DNA from: Atractiella rhizophila
Lineage: Eukaryota
Assembly (NCBI GenBank): GCA_021432655.1
Contig: MU271195.1
Span: 124,001-188,000, forward strand
DNA length: 64,000 nt
Reading direction: 5' to 3'
A program made the translations under genes and the position numbers. Below the pieces are notes generated by a model. It was not told the origin of the DNA, did not search any database, and saw only the letters and a list, made by a program, of their open reading frames with translations. Positions 54,198 through 64,000 of this stretch are shown here, in pieces (within the stretch, counting starts at the first letter, position 1; each line of letters starts with the position of its first letter).

Positions 54198-54276
54198 TGC
54201 TGGATTTAGCCAATTGCACTAAAATGACCAGTCATCCCAACATTGCAGATTAACCCTTTATACCCAAGGTTCAACA
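54198..54276 (+). mobile_element. 79-bp TG...CA mini solo-LTR-like insertion with AGAAG TSD
   Basis: TGCTGGA...TTCAACA flanked by AGAAG (54193-54197, 54277-54281). Removal restores the integrase sequence TGKKIKKFREDKEG. Confidence 0.88.
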
Positions 54277-54737
54277 AGAAGATCAAGAAGTTTAGAGAGG
54301 ACAAGGAAGGCGCTTATTCCTCCAAGGAATTTGATCAATATCTTAAGGCCTGTGGTATCCAGCGCGAACAGACGAGCAAGAACTCTCCTCACCAGAATAG
54401 CAGGGCAGAACAAAGCAATAGGACGATTCAGGAGACTATGGTTGCCATGTTTGAAGAATCTGGGCTTCCGCTCTTTCTCTGGCCATCTGTCGCTTCAGCG
54501 GTTGTCCACATTCGCAACAGACAGCTTCAAGCTTCAATCAACCATGCTATTCCCCACACAAAACTCACTGGACTTACTCCAACCATCTCCAGATTCAGAA
54601 TCATTGGATGCACTGCCTATGTTCAAGATCCTAAGCTCCTTCTGAACTTGTACTCGAAAATGCGCATTTCTAGGCTATTCCCTTGCAGCGAAAGGGTGGG
54701 AGTTCTGGGATCCCATTAGAAAGAAGGTCTACGTTCG

Positions 54738-55328
54738 TGTTAGGGCTGACACTATGTGCGGTCACCGACGGGCGATGCGTCTGTAGTGGAGATAAACCTA
54801 AGTGCATAATATGACATGAAGACTAACCTGTAGTGGAGATAAACCTAAGAGAATACTCTAAGGTCACCTCCACTACTCTCTGATCTATATATACAAGCGG
54901 AATAACACTGCCACAGAGCGTAGGGGAGAGCAGATGAAACATATAAGAGAACTAAAGGAGAAGTTGAGAGAATCTGATGCTGGATGGAGCTAGGGGACAG
55001 AGATTGGTGGTCAAAGATGATGATATTGATAGGGAAACACATACCTAGGGGACAGAGATTGGTGGTCAAAGATGATGACCGCCTAACCTGCCCCCTAGGG
55101 GGCTAAAACTCCGAAATGAAGCAAACACAACAAAGGTGGCTGACCACACAACACAAGACCACAAAATATAACACCTAATCCAACAGAAGTGACAGTGGGA
55201 TTACATGGAGTTAATAAGAGGAGGATAGGCACAATTGGGCTAAGTGGTAATGTAGGTGCAAATGGGCGAACGGGTGCCAATTCGCAGGGAACGCAAATGG
55301 GCAATTTGCGTAAGATGCAAACCTGACA
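54738..55328 (-). mobile_element. Solo LTR (365 bp without the nested insert), TSD GTTCG
   Basis: TGTTAGG...CCTGACA termini; GTTCG at 54733-54737 and 55329-55333; splits KKVYVR|DVARFDE of element A. Strand inferred from the splice module. Confidence 0.88.
54965..55185 (-). mobile_element. 221-bp solo LTR of the element-B family nested in the previous LTR, TSD GAAGT
   Basis: TGAGAG...TCCAACA with GAAGT on both sides; reverse complement of the LTR at 58335-58501 plus 55 nt. Confidence 0.92.
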
Positions 55329-56745
55329 GTTCGAGATGTTGCCAGATTTGATGAGAGAGAGATGCTCTGCAAGGTGAGAAAGGAGAAAATTATGTTGGAA
55401 GAGCCACAGGGACAACTTGATGAGTGGAAGCAGCATCAGGATCAGGTGGGAGATGGACAGAACAATGCTCCAGCCGCTCCTCCAGTCAGGATTTCGCTAG
55501 ACAACGACGAGGAAGATGAAGATGCATGGATTCAACAGCCAGGAGGAGCACCGCCTACACCTCAGGAACAACACAGACCACTTGGAATACAGTCTCCAAA
55601 TCGATTTCAGCCCCTGCAGGTCGTCAAAGAAGAAGAAAGAGAGGCGTCTCCAGACCCACTACAGCTTGTGCCTGAACGCTTTAGGACACCACCTCGTCAG
55701 TACACCATGCAGAGAGATCCTTGGACAGGAGTTCACATGCCTACATTCTCAGAGTCTCCAGATCCACTCCAGATCATCCCAACAATGCCAGATCGACCTC
55801 CTCCAGCAGCTACAACACCTCCTCCTGTCACCAGGTCTTCAAGAATTTATTCTACAAGTAGAGGACGTCCTGTCGACAGATTTAGGACCCTAGAAGCGCC
55901 TCAAAACAACGACAAAGGGTCAACAGACGAGCTTGGGATGTTGGTATAGGAATGTGACATCCTCACTGAGCCAGAGGCGATGGAATATGGCTATATGCTT
56001 GTCACAGAACATGCCATGAGTGCAGCAACAGGAGTAGAGGTCCCTCAGTCATATTCAAGAGCGATGGCAAGCCCAAATGCGAAGGAATGGCATGAAGCGA
56101 CAGTGAAGGAGATTCAATCTCACTTGGACAACAAGAGTTGGATTCTGGTCAAACCGCCTAAAGGAGCAAAAATCGTTGGTTCTCGATGGGTGTTTGCGGT
56201 TAAGAAGAAGTCGGATGGTTCTATCGAGCGCTTCAAGGCCAGATTCGTCATCAAGGGGTTCTCTCAACGCTCTGGATTCAACTACTTTGATACTTTTGCA
56301 TCAACGGTCAAATGGGCGACACTTAGGACGATTCTTTCGCTCGCTTGTGTCTTGGACATGGAGCTGGAGTCAGTGGATATCTCTACGGCATTAACGGCGA
56401 TATGGATGCAGAGGTCTATGCACAACAACCAGAAGGTCATCCACAGGGTCCTCCAGAGTACGTTCTCAAGGTAATCAAGGCCATCTATGGCACAAGGTAA
56501 GGAGGACGTCAATGGCAGAAGAAACTCGATAAGGAACTCGTTGATATGGGATTTAAGAAGATCAAGAGCGACTCTAGTCTGTGGATTTACTCGAAGGCGG
56601 ACATCAAAGTACTTGTCCCGGTCTTTGTGGATGATATTACGATCGCTAGCACATCAAAGGGTGCTGTAGAGGACTTCAAGAGGGAGTTAGGAAAGCGATT
56701 CAAACTCAGAGACCTTGGACCAACGGAATTCCTACTTGGGGTTCG

Positions 56746-56954
56746 TGAGAGAATCTGATGCTGGATGGAGCTAGGGGACAGTGATTGGTGGTCAAAGATG
56801 ATGACATTGATAGGGAAACACATACCTAGGGGACAGTGATTGGTGGTCAAAGATGATGACCGCCTAAACTGCCCCCTAGGGGGCTAAAACTCCGAAGTGA
56901 AGCAAACAAAACAGAGGTGGCTGACCACACAAACATATAACACCTAATCCAACA
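56746..56954 (-). mobile_element. 209-bp solo LTR of the element-B family inserted in the RT of element A, TSD GTTCG
   Basis: GTTCG at 56741-56745 and 56955-56959; splits FLLGVR|IRRDR. Confidence 0.92.
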
Positions 56955-58031
56955 GTTCGTATTAGGAGAGATAGAAAGCGAAGAATGATGTGGTTGGATC
57001 AAGAACAGTATGTCAAGGACCTTCTGGAACGCCAACAGATGGATGACTGCAACCCTGTCCTCACTCCTCTCAACATTGGACACGGTCTCAGCAAGCAGGA
57101 CTGCCCTCAGAAAAAGGAAGAACAAGAAGAAATGCGCACAATCCCTTACAGCAACGTTGTTGGCTCCATGATGTACTTGGCCATCTCCACTCGTCTGGAT
57201 ATTGCTCACGCAGTCTCTGTCCTTGGAAAGTACCTCTCTAATCCTGGAAAGAAGCACTGGGAAGCGGCCAAGCATCTTCTATGGTACCTCAAAGGCACTC
57301 AGAACTTAGGAATTGAGTATTCTGCAACTGGTTTTGACCTCAAGCAACCTTTTCACACTTTCTGCGATGCAGATTTTGCTGGGTGCAAGGATACTGGACG
57401 TTCTACGGGAGGCTATCTCCTCAAGATAGGCAATGGAGTGGTCAGTTGGAGCAGCAAACTACAATCCCTCGTTGCCCTTTCCACAACTGAAGCAGAATAT
57501 GTCTCAGGAGTCTCAGCTGGCCAAGAAGTCGTCTGGCTAAGGAATCTTTTAGAAGAAATTGGCTTCGCTCCTCAAGGTCCTACTCCCCTCTTCACAGACA
57601 GTAGCAGCGCTCTCCAGGTATCCAAGAACCCTGAGCACCATGGTCGAATGAAACACCTGGACCTTTGCTTTTATTGGCTCAGAGATGTTGTTGAGATGGG
57701 CAAGATCAGTCCAGTCTTCTGTCGGGGTGTCGATATGCCAGCAGACCTCCTCACCAAGACACTTCCAGTAGCTAGCGTGGATAAGTTTCGACTTATGATG
57801 GGTTTGCGCCCCTACCCAAGTGTATGAGGCAGTTATGGGGCGCAATAAAAAAATCCTTTCCCCCTCTGTGGAGTTATAAGACGCCGCTTTTAGCGGTACG
57901 AAGACTTTTCATCTTCTTTTCATGCAAAACTAATATGCTTTCTGCTTTATATCGAGTATACATTGTATGAATTTGGTGGGAGATTCTCTGGATGTGGTGG
58001 GAGCGTCAAGAGACAGCTGCCCAGGTGGTAG

Positions 58032-58166
58032 TGTTAGTTGTAGTGTGTTGTTTTGGTCATCTGCCTCTTATGACTCATATGAGTCATCACTATGTAGTTT
58101 AGTTTTGCCTAGGGGTGTTGGTGCTCATTATTGACCACCAACTACTCCTAGCCTTAGATCCTTACA
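58032..58166 (+). repeat. 3' LTR of element A (135 bp)
   Basis: TGTTAG...CCTTACA after a purine-rich tract; homologous copies at 60880-61026 and 62371-62510 (reverse). Confidence 0.85.
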
Positions 58167-58334
58167 CATTTTGGCTATGCAAAGACAGTGGCTTTGGTTT
58201 CTCAGTCATTACTGGAAGAACCTTACAAAAGATGTCAGAAGATATGTTGACTCCTGTCCGAGCTGCCAGAGAAATAAAGCTGTAAATCAGAACCCATTGG
58301 AGCTTTCAGACCCTCATGTATACCACCATCAAGA
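58167..58334 (+). mobile_element. Ty3/gypsy integrase zinc-binding (H2C2) fragment
   Basis: HFGYAKT...YWKNLTKDVRRYVDSCPSCQRNK, with a frameshift. Confidence 0.8.
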
Positions 58335-60879
58335 TGTTGGATTAGGTGTTATATTTCATGGTGTTATGTTTGTGTGGTCAGCCACCTCTGTTTTGTTTGC
58401 TTCACTTCGGAGTTTTAGCCCCCTAGGGGGCAGTTTAGGCGGTCATCATTTTTGACCACCAATCTCTGTCCCCTAGCTCCATCCAGCATCAGATTCTCTC
58501 ATGGTAGCGAGAGAGGTGGCTAGTGATTGACAGATCAGTTTTGCCACCCACTTGGTTGAAAATTTTGATCACTCAGCCATCCGTTGTCCAATCGGTTTGA
58601 AACGTTGGGATCATAAACGAGACCCCCTTACGCCTATATCCACCCATTTCTACGAAGATCGGACGATCCAAACTCGAATTTTATCACCATGGCCGAAGAA
58701 AGTAAAATTTTGATTACCCCCCTTGGAGAGAAGAACTATGGCACCTGGTGCATTGATATGCAGGAGGAATTGATGCGAAAGGGGTTATGGGAGATAGTCT
58801 CTGGAGTGGAGACAAAACCAGAAGATTTGAAGGAACAAAAACAGTGGCAAAAGGACAGCTCCAAAGCGGCTGGGATCCTGTTCCTTAGCCTAGAAGCGAC
58901 CCAGAAAGCCCATGTGGTCTCTGTCCTTCAAGATCCAGTCAAGATCTGGTCTACCCTTCAAGAAATCCACCAACAGAAGCGCTCCTCAACTCGTTTCACT
59001 GCCCTCAACACCCTCCTTGCCATCCAGAAGAAGGAAAACGAATCTCTCATCACCCTGTGTGCCAGAAGCGACCAGCTGCTTCTAGACTTCACCAACACGC
59101 TTTCCAAAGACTATTCCCTTGATGATTTGAAGGAAGATCTCCAATCCTTCGCTCTCATTCGCTCCTTAGGCCCAGAATACACTAGTTTTGTCCAGAACTT
59201 AACCCTGATGACATCCACCGACCTCCAATCGATCAAACAAGCATTCTACTCGATCCAAGCCACCAAGAACTCGGAGGAAGCCATCTCCAACACTCAAATG
59301 GCAAATCAGGAGATCCAAGCCACCAAGAACTCGGAGGAAGCCATCTCCAACACTCAAATGGCAAATCAGGCATCCAGCAGCAACAGAGGACGAGGAGGAT
59401 GGCATCCCAGAGGTGGCAGAGGTGGTGGAAGAGGAGGAACTCGAGATTTTTCGCAATCTGTGTGCAACTACTGCCACAGAAAAGGCCACTTCATCTCCCA
59501 CTGCCCAGAAACTGCTTCTGGACGCAATAGGATCGAGTTGGAGAAGTACAGATCGAAGTATGGCAAGCTGGAAGTGGTGAAGGAAGCCAAAGTCGAAGGG
59601 GGAAAGCCAGAATTCGCTGGAGAGACAAGTTATGCAGCGGTAGATGATACCATTAGTCGCCAGAAAGCTGGGACTGACTAGATTATTGATACAGGAGCAA
59701 CTTCATCAATGACTCCACATTCCCACTTCTTCAAATCCTATCAAAAACACGTTGTACCCATCAGAGTTGCAAATGGAGAAGTGATCTGGTCTACTGGGAT
59801 AGGAGAAGTGGTGATTGAGGCGAAATTGGAGGATAAAAAGTCGAAGAAGGTCACCATTCACAATGTCCTACACGTCCCCAAATTGTGCAGCAATCTCCTA
59901 TCTGTTTTCAAGCTCACAATCTTCGAAGGTGTAACTGTGACCATCATTGGGAGCAGAGTACGCTTCCTCAAGGCTGGAAATCCCTGTTTCACAGCGACAG
60001 TTGATCACAGGAGAGGAAGCATGAATGCCATCATTGATGGAAGAACACTCATGGCCTCAGAATTCGTTGCACACGCCTCCTCTCCCCTCTAAACGCTTCC
60101 CTGTGGCACAGGAGACTTGCCCACTTAAATCATGAAGATGTAAAGCGAATGCTGAAGAAAGGACTCGTGAAAGGAATGATTCTGGACTCAGAGGACCCTC
60201 CTGACCCCATCTGTGAGCCCTGCATCGCTGGGAAGCAGCATAGGATCTACAACAAGGCTGCAGAGAATAGGGAGACGGAAATTTTAGGGAGGATCAGCTC
60301 AGATCTTCATGGACCGCTCCCAGTTGCCTCAAGAGAAGGATTTCGCTATTGGGTGACGTTTATAGACGAGGCAACAAGTCACTGGACGATTGCTTTTCTC
60401 AGGAAGAAGTCAGAAGCACCTCAACGCTTTAAGGAGTACAAAGCTGTGATGGAGACCTTGACTGGAAGGAAAATCAAGAGATTCAGGGAGGACAAAGAAG
60501 GCGCCTACTCCTCAACAGATTCGAAATTGTGGCATCCAGCATGAGCAAACGATTAGAAACTCTCCTCATCAAAATGGGAAAGCAGAGAGAGCAAATAGGA
60601 CGATTCAGGAGGGTATGGTGGCGATACTGGAGGAATCTGGTTTGCCACTATTCCTCTGGCCTCACCTTGCTTCGGCTGTTGTTCACATCAGGAACAGATC
60701 CCCCTCTTCCTCCATCCATCACTCCATTCCCTACACAAAATTAACAGGACAATTGGTCGATATTTCACATTTCAGAGCTCCACTGCCTATGTCCAAGTTC
60801 AGAAGGAAGAAAGACAGCACAGTCTGGCATCCCATACACGCAGATGTGCCTTTATAGGTTACTCTACCAACGCTAAAGG
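58335..60879 (+). mobile_element. Decayed, 3'-truncated Ty1/copia element B: 167-bp 5' LTR (58335-58501), PBS (58502-58513), gag (58689-59681), PR, INT
   Basis: TGTTGG...CTCTCA then TGGTAGCGAGAG; gag NYGTW, CNYCHRKGHFISHC knuckle, 60-bp tandem duplication in gag; IIDTGATSSMT; LWHRRLAH; SDLHGP; stops and frameshifts. Confidence 0.93.
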
Positions 60880-61026
60880 TGTAAGGATCTAAGGCTAGGA
60901 GTGTTTGGTGGTCAATAATAAGCACATTGGAGAAGTATAGAGAGACATACCTAGGAGTGGTTGGTGGTCAATAATGAGCACCAACACTCCTAGGCAGAAC
61001 TAAACTACATAGTGATGACTCATACG
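60880..61026 (-). mobile_element. Truncated LTR of the A/C family abutting element B integrase
   Basis: Begins TGTAAGGATCTAAGG, the reverse complement of the 58166 end; 56 nt longer internally than the 135-bp copy. Confidence 0.85.
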
Positions 61027-62079
61027 AAATTGATCAACATCTGGTACTTTCCCATCCTTGATATCTGTGAAAAACTTCTTTACCACATTCTCATCTATGC
61101 TTCACTTCCCCAACATATTCTTGCGAAGTGGGACATTGTTTAAGTTGGTCTTTGGCAGTGGGTACGGGACCTTGGACCAATACAGAAAGTTGTTGTCACA
61201 TATGTTGCGCTTGTGATTGTTTGTATTCTTCTCACCATACCCATCCTTTTGCTTCTTGCATTGACCACAAGTCTTTTCAGCTCCAAGGTTGCCCTTCTTT
61301 GTTGGCTTTGTGTGCGTCACTTTCACTGGTGGAAGAAGTGTCATTTAGAGTGTCCAGAATACTTTGATTGCTGCTCAACACATTGTTAGTAAATTCCTTT
61401 TCTTTTTAATAAAATTGTTCAAACTCACAGTCTCCTCTGGCTACTCTCTGAATATGACGAGCAATCTCCTTCTCAATTGCAAATAAACTATTTTTGTGTA
61501 TCAAAGATTTGGGGGCTCTGAAAGGGCTAGATTATCGTGAGGCGATATCAGTGAACCTAGGCGTAAACAACCTCAACCTTCTACAGTGTTGAGGTTGAGA
61601 TGACGATTCCAGAGTTGAGAAGGATGGGATGGTTTTGGTGAATCCCAGGATGGAGTAGATAGTTGAGAGGTTGGAGTACGCGATGAGATGTTGCTTGAAT
61701 GAGTGAGAAAGTCGAAGTTTGATGACGGTACACCTAAATCAATGCCTTTAATACCCATTCCACAGTGAAACAAGAACAAGAAAGAACGGACCGGCTGCAA
61801 AATCAAGACTACTTTTGCGCTTACTGAAAGAAGCTTCTATCCCCTTGCTATTTCCAAGTGCAAAATCCAGATCCTTCTGTGAATGCTCGCTTTCCTGATC
61901 ATCTGATGAATAATCTCCAGAAACCATTACACCTTCAGTTTGAAAAAGAGAAATGTGATGTTTAAAGAGGTTATTGTTTATGTAGAATATACTTAACTGA
62001 GAAGTTAGTTGGACGTATTTGGTTATATTGTCGGTAACAGCTCAGAAACAGAGATAGAGGATTATTATGATGGAGAGTA

Positions 62080-62157
62080 TGTTGAACTTAGGTACAAAGG
62101 GTTAATCTGCACTGTTGGTAAATGACAAGTCATTTTAGCCCAGTGGTTAATCCAACA
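62080..62157 (-). mobile_element. 78-bp TG...CA mini solo-LTR-like element, TSD GAGTA
   Basis: TGTTGAA...TCCAACA with GAGTA at 62075-62079 and 62158-62162; reverse-complement homolog of 54198-54276. Confidence 0.88.
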
Positions 62158-62370
62158 GAGTAGACCAATGCGCCCTTCTAAGAACTATTGATGGTGTACT
62201 TGTAATAGATGCAGGAAGGATTCCCACAGTGGGAAATGGGTGCATCGTCATATGTTTCGAAAACATCAGGTCAATCAGCAAGATAAAGGGCCTACGACGG
62301 AGACTTCAGTCAGGATGATACAGCAGATTAATGGAGAAAGTCATATCAGCATTATTTCTATATTCGGGCC

Positions 62371-64000
62371 TTTAAGGATCTAAGGTTGGTGGTCGTAATA
62401 ATGAGGCATTGATGACTTCTAGAGGCAGAACTAAACTACATAGTGATGACTCATACGCGTCATAAGAGTCATAAGAGGCAGATGACCAAAACAACACGCT
62501 ACAACTAACACTCCCACCTGGGCAGCTGTCTCTTGATGCTCCCACCAAATCCAGAGAATCTCCCACCGAATTCACACAATGTATACTCAATATAAAGCAG
62601 AAAGCATATTAGTTTTGCAATGAAAAGAAGAGGAAAAGTCCTCGTACCGCTTAAAGCGACGTCTTATAACCCCACAGAGGAGGAAAGGGATTTTATTGCG
62701 CCACATAACTGCCTCAGACACTTGGGTAGGGGCGCAAACCCATCATAACTCGAAACTTGTCCACGCTGGTGACTGGAAGTGCCTTGGTAAGGAGGTCTGC
62801 TGGCATATCGACACCCGGACAGAAGACTGGACTGATCTTGCCCATCTCAACAACATCCCTGAGCCAATAAAAGTGAAGGTCCAGGTGTTTCATTCGACCA
62901 TGGTGCTCAGGGTTCTTGGATACCTGGAGAGCGCTGCTGCTGTCTGTGAAGAGGGGAGTAGGACCTTGAGGAGTGAAGCCAATCTCTTCTAAAAGATTCC
63001 TTAGCCAGACAACTTCTTGACCTGCTGAGACTCCTGAGACATATTCTGCTTCGGTAGTAGAAAGGGCAACGAGGGTTTGCAGTTTGCTGCTCCAACTGAC
63101 TGCTCCGTTGCCTATCTTGAGGAGATAGCTGTAATACGAATAACATAAATGAGCTTCTTCGTACTTTATGAGTCATTTTCTTTTGTCGCAGTCTTGCTTC
63201 CGTGACCTCGTTTCTCTCCCTCACACACAACCACCATCTTCTCTGAGCTTGCCTGTATTGAGGTATAGCTAGTGCTGTGTGTGAGGTGAGTACTCGTTAA
63301 TTTCTACCTTTATTGTGCTTTGCTCATCGGGCACTTGTTTAAGGGCACATTTCATCTCCCTTTCCGAGTTCGAGGTATTTTATTGTTCTAGAACACTCAA
63401 AGAGGGTGTGTTATTTCCTTTTCACCCTCTTCTCGCTTATTCATGTCCGTTCTCTTTCGTAGGGCTGTGCCAACAGCCTTGTCCGCTCTCTGTTAGCCCT
63501 CGCGGACTCTTTGGGTGTTTTAGGTACGCATACTTCATTGTTACTTATGCTTCTATGTTCCTTTTCTTATACTATGCAAACCATGTTTTAGAACCCATTA
63601 TTTCGAACTCACCGCCGCTAAACGAGTCTTGCCAGCTTTCACTTAGTCGCATTATAATAGCCTCCCGTAGAACGTGCAGTATCCTTGCACCCAGCAAAAT
63701 CTGCATCGCAGAAGGCGTGAAAAGGTTGCATGAGGTCAAAACCAGCTGCACAATACTCGATTCCTAAGTTCTGAGTGCCTTTGAGGTATCGTAGAAGATG
63801 CTTGGCCGCTTCCCAGTGCTTCTTTCCTGGGTTAGAGAGGTACTTTCCGAGGACAGAGACTGCATGAGCGATATCTGGACGAGTGGAGATGGCCAAGTAC
63901 ATCGTGGAGCCAACAACGTTGCTGTGAGGGATTGTGCGCATTTCTTCTTGTTCTTCCTTTGTCTGAGGGCAGTCCTGCTTGCTGAGACCGTGTCCAACAT
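62371..64000 (-). mobile_element. Ty1/copia element C (RT-RNase H, 3' UTR and 3' LTR 62371-62510), same family as A; runs off the right edge
   Basis: Closely similar, inverted, to 57080-58166 (MRTIP..NVVGS.MYLAIST..DIAHAVS, CDADFAG). Confidence 0.93.
63130..63656 (+). mobile_element. 527-bp solo LTR inserted in element C RNase H, TSD ATAGC
   Basis: TGTAATACGA...TCGCATTATA inverted termini (terminal CA apparently mutated to TA); ATAGC at 63125-63129 and 63657-63661. Confidence 0.85.

Larger units (their letters stand above)
53340..58166 (+). mobile_element. Decayed Ty1/copia element A (PR-INT-RT-RH plus 3' LTR; 5' end missing; carries nested insertions)
   Basis: WMADTGATSYM protease, LWHRRLGH..CEPC, integrase, RFKARFVIKGFSQ, VFVDD, CDADFAG..STGG, STTEAEY, MPADLLTK; frameshifts and stops. 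Confidence 0.93.

Noticed and set aside
54733..56959. Same TSD GTTCG for two insertions as sequence-specific targeting
   Set aside because: Different LTR families, and the other TSDs (AGAAG, GAAGT, GAGTA, ATAGC) differ; too few events.
59679..59681. TAG at the gag/protease boundary as a programmed readthrough site
   Set aside because: It replaces the conserved Trp of W-x-x-DTGA (element A has TGG at 53415-53417), and the element has other lesions.
61027..62079. Short minus-strand ORF with CGQC...H...C and neighbouring ORF fragments
   Set aside because: Probably transposon or gene relics, but no family could be recognised.

Overview
Eukaryotic, intron-rich fungal DNA. Introns are mostly ~45-60 nt with many microexons; gene content and intron style suggest a basidiomycete, possibly Pucciniomycotina (inference). 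Positions ~2.2-52.4 kb are a compact block of mostly housekeeping genes: cupin, DBP9, TFIIIC WD40 subunit, C2H2 TF, mitochondrial bL19, CNNM/MAM3, an eIF4A-like pseudo-helicase, PRE5, COX15, tRNA-Thr(AGT), a kinase-like relic, F-box protein, STU1/CLASP, SmF, NC2beta, Pmp3-family, ISU1, BOL3, APSES TF, LEO1, SEC7, PRE8 and RAD1/XPF. The left edge holds the 5' end of a Ty1/copia-like element (PBS plus gag). Positions 53-64 kb are a nest of decayed copia elements, a gypsy integrase fragment and solo LTRs with 5-bp target-site duplications (TSDs). The most striking observation is a module shared by four, and more weakly five, LTR families with little or no sequence similarity. Near the LTR 3' end there is an RNA hairpin whose 3' arm ends at or within a few nt of an AG|GT splice donor, followed by a 47-76 nt GT-AG intron-like segment whose 3' part is a direct copy of the sequence just before the donor. 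Precisely intron-less LTR alleles also occur, and the paired repeats show concerted substitutions. This suggests an intron in the LTR that is spliced out and then rebuilt during reverse-transcription strand transfer (hypothesis). Gene coordinates span first to last coding exon and were inferred by eye, so some starts are approximate.
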